DNA from: Myxococcales bacterium | Lineage (GTDB): Bacteria > Myxococcota_A > UBA9042 | NCBI GenBank assembly: GCA_037441385.1 | Contig: JBBISH010000005.1 | Location: 45,392-109,391 of the forward strand | Direction: 5' to 3' | Length of the DNA: 64,000 bases | Part shown: one piece after another, positions 55,039 through 64,000 of the stretch | Numbering within the stretch: the first letter of the stretch is position 1 | Layout of the letters: every line of letters starts with the position of its first letter | The notes under the pieces: generated by a model | Seen by the model: only the letters and a program-made list of their open reading frames with translations | The model's database searches: none | Told to the model about the DNA's origin: nothing | Position numbers and translations under genes: made by a program

Positions 55039-55923
55039 CTAGGCCGGCTTGTCGGACAAGTCCAGGCTGGACGAGCGCGAGAGCTGCGAAAGCACGGAAC
55101 ATGCTTCGATGTTGCGGAGCCCCGAGCGCGCGATGACCTCGGCCAGCGTCAGGGTCCCATCCAAGTGCCGCACCAACTGGGCCACCTTCTCAAAGCGGTG
55201 GAACGCCGCCGGAAGGGCCGTGTCGCCTTCGCGCAGCCGGCCGGTCCGGGTCCACGGGCCCAGCACCGACTCGTAGTACTCGACCAGCCGGGCTTCGTTG
55301 TGCTCCAAGAAGCTCTCGATCTGCGGGGTGATCGGCGCCACCACCAGCAGGCGCTCCAGCGAAACCAGAGCGCCCTCGCGGTCGCCGATCTCGAACAGCG
55401 CACCGATGTCCTCGTAGAGCACCTGCGCCACGTAGCTGGGCATGATCGACTGCTTGTGGCGGATCTTGCGCTTGATCTCCGGGCCAGAGAGCACGATCGT
55501 CTCGGCCGTGGCGAACTGCGGCAATTTGGCCGTCTGGGCCAGCGACTCCATTTCGTCGGGCGGCGAGGGCGCGCTGGCCGCATCGCTCACCTCGTCGGGC
55601 GACAGTTCGATCGCGTCGGCCACATCCACGGGCAGTTCGTCGACCTCGGACGCCGAGACCGCTGCTGCAACGGCCACGGCGCTGTCGGGCAACTCCTCCG
55701 TTGGGTGCCGCGTGCGGGCGGGCCGTGTCTGCTCCGCCAGGCTTTGCAGTACCTGATCCAACTGCTCCAGGGCTGCCAGCAGGCTCAACGTTCGTTCGTC
55801 CAGGGGCAGACCAAGCACGGCCATGTGGCGGGCGCGTGCCCACTCGGGACCAGCGGCCGCGGCAAAAGGATCGTGGGGCACGTCCGGTTCGATCGCGAAA
55901 TTGGTGATCGGGGGGTTCGCCAC
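55039..55923 (-). CDS. Hypothetical protein with acidic linker and C-terminal winged-helix-like region
   Basis: GGAG RBS before GTG; GC3-biased frame; LDGTLTLAEVIARSGL..EACSVLSQL is wHTH-like. Confidence 0.65.
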   Translation of the reverse strand: MANPPITNFAIEPDVPHDPFAAAAGPEWARARHMAVLGLPLDERTLSLLAALEQLDQVLQSLAEQTRPARTRHPTEELPDSAVAVAAAVSASEVDELPVDVADAIELSPDEVSDAASAPSPPDEMESLAQTAKLPQFATAETIVLSGPEIKRKIRHKQSIMPSYVAQVLYEDIGALFEIGDREGALVSLERLLVVAPITPQIESFLEHNEARLVEYYESVLGPWTRTGRLREGDTALPAAFHRFEKVAQLVRHLDGTLTLAEVIARSGLRNIEACSVLSQLSRSSSLDLSDKPA

Positions 55924-56175
55924 GTCTGCTCCGGCAGGGGTCTGCACCGGTCGATTCCACTTGCCTGGCCCGCCAGTCCGCGCCGGCAAGGGCAGGGGAG
56001 ACGGCGGGTCCGTGACCGTCGCCGCGCCGGTCCGCCGCTGGACCCGCACGCCGACTAGAGGGCATGATACGGCAGGTGAGCCTGTTTGCCAAACCGGCAG
56101 CGGCACCAGCGAAACCAGTTCGAGCAGGCCGGGTTGGCGCCGATTGCCCCCCTGCGCCGGGATAGGAACGTGACG

Positions 56176-57129
56176 ATGGGTGCAGACCGCCAGACACAGC
56201 TGCAGCCTGCGGAGTTTGCGGTCGAATCCTCTGTTCGGTTGGACGTGGCCGTGGCGGGCGCGCTGGCCTGGAGCCGTGGGCACGCCCAATTCGCGATTCG
56301 CGACGGCGCGGTCTACGTGGGTGCGCAGCGCTGCCGCGAACCCGGTCAGCGCGTGGAGCCGGGCCAGACGGTGCGGGTCTTGCCCCAGGCCCCGGCCGAG
56401 CGGCGCGCCATCGACGGGGGCGCGATCGCCACCATCCATCGCGACCCGCACCTGTGGATCGTCAACAAACCTGCTGGGTTGCCTACTCAGCCGCCGCCGC
56501 GAGGTGGCGATGCCTTGAACTTGCGCCTGCAAAAGGAGCTGGGGCCGCGCAGCTACTTGGGCGAGATCCACCGCCTGGATCGCGACGCCTCGGGCCTGGT
56601 CGCCTACGCCTTGGACAAACCGACGGCGGCCGATCTTGCGGAGCAATTTCGCACCCATCACGCGCGTCGCCGCTACCTGGCCATCGCTCGGACGGGCCGC
56701 GCGCCCAGCGTGATGGACATCGACGAGCCGATCGTGGAGATCGAGCCCGGCCGCATGGGCCTGTCGGCGACGGGTATGCCCGCACATACCTGGGTTAATC
56801 CGCTTGCTTACGACCCAGAGCGTCAGTTGGCGCTGCTTGAATTGGCGCTGGACACGGGGCGCACCCACCAGATTCGCCTGCACGTGGCCTGGGCGATCGG
56901 GCCGCTGCTGGGCGATCGGCTCTACGGCGATCCCGGCGGCCCACACCGCGGGCGGATTGCGCTGCACGCCGCGGCCTTGGGCTTGGTCGAGCCCGCCAGC
57001 GGAATGCCTCGGCGGTTTGTGTGTCCGCCGCCGGCCGAATTTTGGCCAGAATCTCACGATTTCAGCGATGCAGCCTGGGCGGCGGTGGTGGCCAGCCGCG
57101 GCCGCGATCGCGCCGATCCAGCGGCCTGA
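56176..57129 (+). CDS. RluA/RluD-family pseudouridine synthase with S4-like domain
   Basis: RLD..SR..IRDGAV, VNKPAGL, HRLDRDASG and TGRTHQIRLH..GDRLYG. Confidence 0.92.
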   Translation: MGADRQTQLQPAEFAVESSVRLDVAVAGALAWSRGHAQFAIRDGAVYVGAQRCREPGQRVEPGQTVRVLPQAPAERRAIDGGAIATIHRDPHLWIVNKPAGLPTQPPPRGGDALNLRLQKELGPRSYLGEIHRLDRDASGLVAYALDKPTAADLAEQFRTHHARRRYLAIARTGRAPSVMDIDEPIVEIEPGRMGLSATGMPAHTWVNPLAYDPERQLALLELALDTGRTHQIRLHVAWAIGPLLGDRLYGDPGGPHRGRIALHAAALGLVEPASGMPRRFVCPPPAEFWPESHDFSDAAWAAVVASRGRDRADPAA

Positions 57130-57150
57130 GGGCCATTTTGGGGTTCGATC

Positions 57151-58824
57151 ATGACCGATCCGTCTACTTCGCCGGTTTCCGCTGCCCAGCAGGCCTGGGC
57201 GGGCCGCGTGCTGGCCTCTGCCAAGAAGAAGGGGCTGCGCCGGGCGAGCTTTGCGCGCTCCACCGGCGAGCCGATCGACGACCTGGCGCTGCCGACCGAG
57301 CACGAGGGTCAGAACTACCTACAGAAACTCGGCTTTCCGGGTCAGTATCCGTTCACGCGCGGCGTGCAGGCCACCATGTACCGCGGGAGGCTGTGGACCA
57401 TGCGGCAATACGCTGGCTTTGGTACCGCTGCCGAGTCGAACCAGCGCTACCGCTACCTGCTGCAGCGGGGCCAGACGGGCCTTTCGGTCGCTTTCGATCT
57501 CCCCACGCAGATGGGCTACGACCCAGGCGATGCGATGGCGCTCGGCGAGGTCGGCAAGGTGGGCGTGTCGATCGCCAGCGTGGAGGATATGCATGTTTTG
57601 ATGCAGGATCTGCCGCTCGACAAGGTCAGCGTGTCGATGACCATCAACGCGACCGCGACGACCTTGCTGGCCTTCTTGGTGGCCGTGGCCGAAGAGCGCG
57701 GCATCGACCCGGCGCTGCTCACCGGCACGGTGCAGAACGATATCCTAAAGGAATACATGGCGCGCGGCACCTGGATCTACCCGCCGCGGCCGTCGATGCG
57801 CCTCATCACCGACCTGTTTGCTTGGTGCGGCAAGCAGGTGCCCAAGTGGAACACGATCTCGATTTCGGGCTACCACGTGCGCGAGGCCGGCTGCGACGCG
57901 GCGCAAGAGATTGCGTTTACCCTGGGCGACGGCATGGCCTATGTGCAGGCGGCGCTGGACGCGGGGCTCGACATCGACGAATTTGCCGGACGTCTGGCGT
58001 TTTTCTTCAACGGACACAACAATTTCCTTGAAGAAGTGGCCAAGTTCCGCGCCGCGCGCCGGCTGTGGGCCAGCATCATGCGCGAGCGGTTCGGCGCCCA
58101 AAGCGACGAGTCCTGCAAGCTGCGCTTCCACACCCAAACCGCCGGCTCGATGCTCACGGCCCAGCAGGCCGACAACAACATCGTGCGCGTGACGATTCAG
58201 GCGCTGGCGGCGGTGTTGGGCGGCACGCAGTCGCTGCACACCAACTCGCGCGACGAGGCCCTGGGTCTGCCGACCGAGGCGAGCGCGCAAATCGCTCTGC
58301 GCACTCAGCAAATTATCGCGTACGAGTCGGGCGTGGCCGACACGGTCGATCCGCTGGCCGGCAGCTATCTGGTCGAACAGTGGACCGACGCGCTGGAGAA
58401 GAAGGCCGGCGAATACTTGAACCGGATCGACGAGATGGGTGGCATGGTTGCAGCGATCGAGAAGGGCTATCCGCAGCGCGAGATCCAGGACTCGGCCTAC
58501 CGCTGGCAGCTGGCGGTCGAAAAGGGCGAGCAAATCATCGTGGGCGTCAATCAGTTCCAGGTCGAGTCCGAGGCGGCGATGCCGGTGCTGACGATCGACC
58601 CCAAGGTCGAGCGCGAGCAGATCGCCCGACTGCAGCAGCTCCGTGCGACGCGCGATCCCGTCAAGCACACCCAGGCGCTAGAGAATTTGCGCGCCGCGGC
58701 AGCGGGCACCGCCAACGTGATGGACGCGATGGTGCAGGCCGCCAAGGCGCGGGCGACCACGGGCGAAATCAGCGCCACGCTGCGCCAGGTATTCGGCCGC
58801 CACCAAGAGACGCTGGTGGTCTGA
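57151..58824 (+). CDS. Methylmalonyl-CoA mutase family, substrate-binding large subunit lacking a B12 domain
   Basis: [39 protein letters not shown] and QSLHTN. Confidence 0.93.
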   Translation: MTDPSTSPVSAAQQAWAGRVLASAKKKGLRRASFARSTGEPIDDLALPTEHEGQNYLQKLGFPGQYPFTRGVQATMYRGRLWTMRQYAGFGTAAESNQRYRYLLQRGQTGLSVAFDLPTQMGYDPGDAMALGEVGKVGVSIASVEDMHVLMQDLPLDKVSVSMTINATATTLLAFLVAVAEERGIDPALLTGTVQNDILKEYMARGTWIYPPRPSMRLITDLFAWCGKQVPKWNTISISGYHVREAGCDAAQEIAFTLGDGMAYVQAALDAGLDIDEFAGRLAFFFNGHNNFLEEVAKFRAARRLWASIMRERFGAQSDESCKLRFHTQTAGSMLTAQQADNNIVRVTIQALAAVLGGTQSLHTNSRDEALGLPTEASAQIALRTQQIIAYESGVADTVDPLAGSYLVEQWTDALEKKAGEYLNRIDEMGGMVAAIEKGYPQREIQDSAYRWQLAVEKGEQIIVGVNQFQVESEAAMPVLTIDPKVEREQIARLQQLRATRDPVKHTQALENLRAAAAGTANVMDAMVQAAKARATTGEISATLRQVFGRHQETLVV

Positions 58825-60321
58825 GTGGCCGACCGCATCGTCCTGGCTACGGTCAACGCCAAGTACATCCACGCGTCGCTGGGGCTCCGCTACCTTTTTG
58901 CGAACATGGGCGAGCTCAAACCGCAGACCCGGCTGATGGAGTTCACCCACGATCGCCCCGCCGCCGAGATCGTGGAGAAGATCTTGGCCGAGCAGCCGCG
59001 GATCGTGGGCCTGGGTGTCTACATTTGGAACGTGGTCCACACGGCCGAGATCGTGGCGTTGCTCAAGATCGCGGCGCCTGCGGTCGCGGTCGTGCTGGGC
59101 GGGCCCGAAGTCAGCCACGAGCTGGACGCGCAAGCCCTGGTCCAGCAAGCGGATCACACCATCACAGGGCCAGGCGATCTGGCCTTTGCTGCGCTGTGCC
59201 GGCGCATCCTGGCGGGCGAGCAGCCGCCCCAAGTCGTGCACGCCGAGCCGGTCGAGCTGGCGCACCTCCAGTGGCCGTATGCGGAGTACACCGACCACGA
59301 CCTGGCGACGCGGCTGATCTATGTCGAGGCCTCGCGCGGCTGTCCGTTCCGCTGCGCATTTTGCCTGTCGGCGCTGGACAAGACCGCGATCCCCTTTGAT
59401 CTCAGCCAATTCCTGGCCCAGCTTCGCCAACTGTACGAGCGCGGGCTGCGCCACTTCAAGTTCGTCGACCGCACCTTCAACCTGCAGCTGGGGCACAGCA
59501 CGGCGATCTTGGACTTCTTCCTTGAGCGCCTGGCGCCGGACTTGTTCTTGCATTTTGAAATGATTCCAGATCGTTTGCCTCCGCAGCTGCGCGAGCGATT
59601 GGCACGGTTCTTGCCAGGCACACTGCAGCTCGAGATCGGCATCCAGACGCTCAACCCACGGAGTCAGCAACAGATCGATCGGGTTCAAGATGCCGAGCGC
59701 GCCCAGGCCAACTTGCTCTGGCTGCGGCAGCACAGCCACGCTCACCTGCACGTGGATCTGATTGCCGGGCTGCCGGGCGAGGACATGGCTAGCTTTGGTA
59801 ATGGTTTCAACTGGCTGGTTGGGCTGGGGGTGCACGAGGTGCAAGTGGGCATTCTCAAGCGACTGCGCGGCACTCCGTTGGCCGAGCGCGCCAGCGATCT
59901 TGGACTGCGCTTCGCGCCCACTCCGCCCTACCTGGTCGTTCAGACGCCGGACTGGTCGTTCGCCGACCTGCAGCGATTGGGGCGGCTGGCGCGCTACTGG
60001 GATTTGCTTGGCAATTCTGCGCGGTTTCCGCACCTGCTGCCGTTGTTGCTGGGCGAGCAACCGTTCCAGCGGATGCTCGCTTTCAGCGACTGGTTCTTTG
60101 CCAGCACCGGTCAGACCCACCAGCTCAATGCGGATCGGTTGGGACAGTCCGTGGGGGCCTGGCTCACGCAAATGGGCAGTCTGGACTCAGGAATCGTGGC
60201 CGAGGCCTGGCGCAACGACCAGACCCATCAAGCGCGGGCGGCAGCGAAAACCCGACGCGCCCGCCAAGAACGCAGCGTGGCCGCGGAAAATGCCGTTGCT
60301 GGCAAGGAAGGCACTCGCTAG
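58825..60321 (+). CDS. B12-binding radical SAM protein (DUF4080-type)
   Basis: NAKYIHASLGL, VYIWN, GGPEVS, EASRGCPFRCAFC and DLIAGLPGE. Confidence 0.9.
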   Translation: MADRIVLATVNAKYIHASLGLRYLFANMGELKPQTRLMEFTHDRPAAEIVEKILAEQPRIVGLGVYIWNVVHTAEIVALLKIAAPAVAVVLGGPEVSHELDAQALVQQADHTITGPGDLAFAALCRRILAGEQPPQVVHAEPVELAHLQWPYAEYTDHDLATRLIYVEASRGCPFRCAFCLSALDKTAIPFDLSQFLAQLRQLYERGLRHFKFVDRTFNLQLGHSTAILDFFLERLAPDLFLHFEMIPDRLPPQLRERLARFLPGTLQLEIGIQTLNPRSQQQIDRVQDAERAQANLLWLRQHSHAHLHVDLIAGLPGEDMASFGNGFNWLVGLGVHEVQVGILKRLRGTPLAERASDLGLRFAPTPPYLVVQTPDWSFADLQRLGRLARYWDLLGNSARFPHLLPLLLGEQPFQRMLAFSDWFFASTGQTHQLNADRLGQSVGAWLTQMGSLDSGIVAEAWRNDQTHQARAAAKTRRARQERSVAAENAVAGKEGTR

Positions 60322-60356
60322 ACTCAGATGACGCCATGGGGGCCGCCCGTCAATGC

Positions 60357-60407
60357 CACTCATACCAACTCCGTCCGAATCGGATCGAAAACTCGGGCAA
60401 TTCTTCG
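60357..60407. repeat. Dispersed intergenic element, copy 2 (matches 20506-20556)
   Basis: Ungapped manual alignment gives 40/51 identity. Confidence 0.65.
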
Positions 60408-60487
60408 GGCCCGAACCGGGGTCCCCGCCTGATTCTCGCCAGTTGCAGAACGGGTCAGATAAGCCGTACAGGCGCGAATCAGGTGGG

Positions 60488-62506
60488 GTGCGTATCACCC
60501 ACCAAAACTCGCATCCGAGCACGCGATCCCGCGGCGGTCCGTTTGGGCAACTTTGGGCGATCTTTGCCGTTCTCGCATGGCTTGCGCTGGGCTGCAGCAA
60601 CGACACCACCACCGTGGAACCGGGCAAGACCGGCGCCGATACCGCGGTGGCCGCCGACGAACTGACCAATCCCGGCGAGGATGTGGCCGCCGACACGCCC
60701 GACGAGGACAGCAGCGGCACCGACGCCACGGTCACGCAGACCGACACCGGCGGCCACGCGACCGGCGACGCGACCGGCGACATAGGCAGCGGCGAGTGCC
60801 CCGGCGGACCGTTCTGCCCCTGTGCCAAAGACAGCGAATGCGACTCTGGCGCCTGCGTCGACACCGCGGCGGGCAAGCAGTGCTCCAAAACCTGTGGCGG
60901 CGAAACCACTTGCCCAGTGGGCTGGGAGTGCAAGCTCTACGGCGCCGTGGATCCGGTGTCGATGTGTCTGCCCAAGCAAGTGTCGCTCTGCTCGCCCTGC
61001 AAGGCGCACGCAGACTGCCAGGTCGGCGGCGACAAGACCGCTTGGTGTCTTGACTATGCGGCAAGTGGCAAGTTCTGCGGGGCCACCTGCGCCAGCGATG
61101 GCGACTGTCCGGACGGCTACGGCTGCGCTGACCAGAAAGACGGAGCCTCGCAGAGCAAGCAGTGCCGCCTGAAAGACGCCGCCGCGGTCTGCACCTGCAG
61201 CTACTGGGGCAGCAAGTCGGGCCTGAGCACGGACTGCCTGATCACCAACAACTTTGGCACCTGCGGTGGTACCCGCTCGTGCGGACCGGGCGGCCTGAGC
61301 GCGTGCACCGGCAAAGTCGCCCAGGCCGAGGTCTGCAACGCCGAAGACGACAACTGCGACGGCAAGATCGACAACCTGCCACCCGACGCGGTGTGCTTCA
61401 AGTTCGCCTATCTGGCCAGCGGCAGCGGCAAAGCTTGCAGCGGCGACAGCGATTGCCCCAGCGGCGAGGGCTGCGATCAGACCGCCTGCAAGACCATCTT
61501 GGGCAAGTGCCCCGGCAAACCCACCTGCACCAGCGGCGGCCAGCAAGTCTGCACCGACGCGGCCACGCCCAAAAAAGAGATCTGCAACAACGAGGACGAC
61601 GACTGCGACGGCCTGACCGACGAAGACTTCTTTGTGGTCGAACTGTCGACCGGCGCCACCGTGGGCGTGGGCCAGGCCTGCGGCAGCGGGCTGTGCGCCG
61701 GCGGTACGGTCCAGTGCCAAACCGTGGCTACCGCGCTTTGCACCACCGGCAACTTGGCCAAGCCCGAGTCGTGCAACGGCAAAGACGACGACTGCAACGG
61801 CAAGACCGACGACGCCACCTGCGTCGACGACGACGCCTGCACCCTGGACAACTGCGACCCGCAGGCCGCCAAGTGCAACAACCCCGCCGCCAAGGACTGC
61901 GACGACGGCAATCCGTGCAGCGGCGACGGTTGCGACAAGATCAGCGGCGATTGCACCCACAAGGTGTTGACCGGCGCATCGTGCAGCGACGGCGACGCCT
62001 GCACCGTGGGCGATCAGTGCCAGGCCGACGCGGGCGGCACCCCGGTCTGCTTGGCGGGCACCGCCAGCCAGGTCTGCGACGACGGCAACCCCTGCACCAA
62101 CGATTCGTGTGACTCCGCCAAGGGTTGCGTGGTGCTCGCCAACGACGCCACCGCGGTCTGCTACACCGGCGGCAACGGCACGGCCGGCGTTGGTCTGTGC
62201 GTGCAAGGGAAGAAGCTTTGCAAAGACGGCCAGTTTGGCGAGTGTCTAGGTCAAATTGTCCCGAACGGCGTCGAGGCCTGTGACGGCGTGGACGACGATT
62301 GCGATGGCTTCACGGACGAAGGCTGCAAGGCCAACGCGCTAGAGATCGGCATGGCCGGCTTGGCCGGACAAGCGGCGGTCGGCGATCAGGCGATCTGGCT
62401 CGAACTAGGCGGCGAGTCGCTCACGGTCGGCCCGGCGTCGGCCGACGGCGGGGGCAACTCGGCGTGGACAGGACTGTTGCGTTGGCTGGCGGCTTGGCTG
62501 CCCTGA
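60488..62506 (+). CDS. Cys-rich lipoprotein with MopE-like (CNGxDDDCxGxxD) and CDDGNPCTxDxC repeats
   Basis: Lipobox LALG-C, D/T/A-rich linker and four CxxxDDxCxG motifs; start approximate (GTG). Confidence 0.8.
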   Translation: MRITHQNSHPSTRSRGGPFGQLWAIFAVLAWLALGCSNDTTTVEPGKTGADTAVAADELTNPGEDVAADTPDEDSSGTDATVTQTDTGGHATGDATGDIGSGECPGGPFCPCAKDSECDSGACVDTAAGKQCSKTCGGETTCPVGWECKLYGAVDPVSMCLPKQVSLCSPCKAHADCQVGGDKTAWCLDYAASGKFCGATCASDGDCPDGYGCADQKDGASQSKQCRLKDAAAVCTCSYWGSKSGLSTDCLITNNFGTCGGTRSCGPGGLSACTGKVAQAEVCNAEDDNCDGKIDNLPPDAVCFKFAYLASGSGKACSGDSDCPSGEGCDQTACKTILGKCPGKPTCTSGGQQVCTDAATPKKEICNNEDDDCDGLTDEDFFVVELSTGATVGVGQACGSGLCAGGTVQCQTVATALCTTGNLAKPESCNGKDDDCNGKTDDATCVDDDACTLDNCDPQAAKCNNPAAKDCDDGNPCSGDGCDKISGDCTHKVLTGASCSDGDACTVGDQCQADAGGTPVCLAGTASQVCDDGNPCTNDSCDSAKGCVVLANDATAVCYTGGNGTAGVGLCVQGKKLCKDGQFGECLGQIVPNGVEACDGVDDDCDGFTDEGCKANALEIGMAGLAGQAAVGDQAIWLELGGESLTVGPASADGGGNSAWTGLLRWLAAWLP

Positions 62507-62535
62507 CCAAACGTGCGCACAAGGCGAGGTGGGCG

Positions 62536-64000
62536 ATGGAAATGCAACGCAGGCAATGGATGCGCACCAGCTGGCTGCAGGCCTTGGTGGGGTTGGCCAC
62601 GGTGCTGGGCTCGGCAGCCGTGCTGGGCCACGCCGCGCCGGCGCTGGCGGTTGAGGATCAGCTGGCGCTGCAAGGTCGCCTGACCAACGCTGCCGGGTTC
62701 CCGGTGCCAGACGGCGACTACGCGCTGACGCTGCGGTTCTACGAAAACGTGAATGATGCCAAGGCGGTGTATACGTACATCGACCCGGCGGTCAAGATCA
62801 TCAAGGGCATGTTTGCCGTGCAGGTGGGCGCCAAGACGCCGCTGGACAAGTCGGTGTTTTTCAGTGGACAGGCCACCTGGGTCAGCGCGCAAGTGGGCGC
62901 CGAGGCAGAGCTTCCGCGCCTGCCCCTGCATCAGGTGCCCTACGCGCTGCGGGCGCAAGTGGCCGCGTCGGCCCAGAGCTTGCAGTGCTCGGGCTGCGTT
63001 TCGTCGGGTATGTTGGCGGCGGATGTGCTGCAACCCTATGCCAAGACGGCTAGTTTGTCGGCGGTGGCCACGTCGGGCGCCTATGCCGACCTCAAGGGCA
63101 GTCCGGTTCTGGTGGGGGTCGATCAGGCCTGCAGCAAGGGCCAAGCCGTGGCGGGCGTGGATGCCGCGGGCAAGGTGCTCTGCCAGCCGATCCCGTCGTA
63201 CGACGGCAGCAACTTCGCGTTGGCGGGCCAGAATTGCCCGGCCGGTCAGATCGTGGCGGCCATCGGCGTCGACGGCAAGGTCGTGTGCGCCAAGGACGGC
63301 GGCAACAGCTACGACGGCAGCAACTTTGCCCTGTCGGGCCAGGCGTGCCCCAGCGGGCAGATCATCTCGGCCATCGGCGCCGACGGCAAAGTGGTGTGCG
63401 TCGCCGACCAGAACACGCCCGTCAACTACGACGGCAAGAATTTCGCGCTGTCTGGCCAGAGCTGCCCAAGTGGCCAGGTCGCCACGGGCGTCGACACGCT
63501 AGGCAAAGTCACTTGCGCCATCGACAAAGACACCTTGTTCACCGGCAAGGACTTTGCGCTGTCGGGCCAAGCCTGCCCGCCCGGTCAAGTGGTCTACGCC
63601 GTCGACGGCACCGGCAAGGCGCAATGTGCCACAGACAAGGACACCACCTACAGCGGCAAGGACTTTGCCCTGGCCGACCAGACCTGCCCCAGCGGCCAAG
63701 TGGTCACCGGCATCGGCGCAAGCGGCGCGGTCGTGTGCGGAGTCGACAAAGATACCACCTATACCGGCAGCACTTTTGCCACGTCGAACCAAACCTGCGC
63801 GGCGGGGCAGCACGTGCTGGGCATCGATTCGGGCGGCAAGGTGACCTGCACGGCCGACAAAGACACGACCTACAGCGGCGCCAATTTCGCCGTGAGCACC
63901 CAGGCTTGTGCGTCGGGTCAGGTCGTGACCGGCATCGACACCAACGGCAAGGTCGTGTGTGCAGCCGACGCCAACAACACCTACACGGGCACCAACTTTG
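62536..64000 (+). CDS. Secreted tail-fibre-like repeat protein (3'-truncated; absent from the ORF track)
   Basis: Manual translation: signal peptide ..APALA|VE, then QGRLT..FY..GMFAVQVG..VPYA, then 8+ repeats C..GQ(V/I)..(I/V)...G.V.C..D...Y.G..FA. No stop before the window end. Confidence 0.85.
   Translation, partial: MEMQRRQWMRTSWLQALVGLATVLGSAAVLGHAAPALAVEDQLALQGRLTNAAGFPVPDGDYALTLRFYENVNDAKAVYTYIDPAVKIIKGMFAVQVGAKTPLDKSVFFSGQATWVSAQVGAEAELPRLPLHQVPYALRAQVAASAQSLQCSGCVSSGMLAADVLQPYAKTASLSAVATSGAYADLKGSPVLVGVDQACSKGQAVAGVDAAGKVLCQPIPSYDGSNFALAGQNCPAGQIVAAIGVDGKVVCAKDGGNSYDGSNFALSGQACPSGQIISAIGADGKVVCVADQNTPVNYDGKNFALSGQSCPSGQVATGVDTLGKVTCAIDKDTLFTGKDFALSGQACPPGQVVYAVDGTGKAQCATDKDTTYSGKDFALADQTCPSGQVVTGIGASGAVVCGVDKDTTYTGSTFATSNQTCAAGQHVLGIDSGGKVTCTADKDTTYSGANFAVSTQACASGQVVTGIDTNGKVVCAADANNTYTGTNF

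Noticed and set aside
57151..60321. Idea that the abutting B12 radical SAM supplies the cobalamin domain missing from the mutase
   Set aside because: Split mutases normally use a separate small subunit with a DxHxxG motif. The radical SAM lacks that motif and belongs to a widespread independent family.
63130..64000. ~110-bp periodic DNA repeats considered as CRISPR, DGR or a non-coding array
   Set aside because: They are explained by in-frame protein repeats with synonymous divergence; no reverse transcriptase is present.

Overview
High-GC (roughly 68-70% by eye) bacterial chromosomal segment, most likely Myxococcota / 'Deltaproteobacteria'. Supporting signs are the split Fo operon atpI-atpB-atpE, DUF4388- and DUF4175-like proteins, Cys-rich lipoproteins and a Myxococcus-type LexA box. 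It is mostly housekeeping and metabolism: lipA, SRAP, bpt/ate, rsmA, tsaD, atpIBE, rnhB, yraN, two RluA-family genes, recA, hutUI, mmsA, glmM, clpB, ychF, tamB plus Omp85, a Mo-hydroxylase MSL trio, pntAB, a methylmalonyl-CoA mutase large subunit and a B12 radical SAM. Large Cys-rich surface proteins are interspersed. I saw no rRNA, tRNA, CRISPR array, transposase or integrase. The most interesting items are: (1) a lipoprotein with three Kazal domains and a phage-tail-type S74 autocleaving chaperone; (2) a Cys-rich lipoprotein paired with a tail-fibre-like repeat protein that the ORF track misses because it runs off the window; (3) a (CCCGAG)16 tract in frame with recA, just behind a LexA box; (4) a ~51-bp intergenic element repeated 40 kb apart; (5) a two-gene XRE islet bracketed by inverted REP-like double hairpins; (6) a tandem MBL-hydrolase pair whose second copy looks catalytically degenerate. 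All family calls come from motif recognition by eye, not from database searches.
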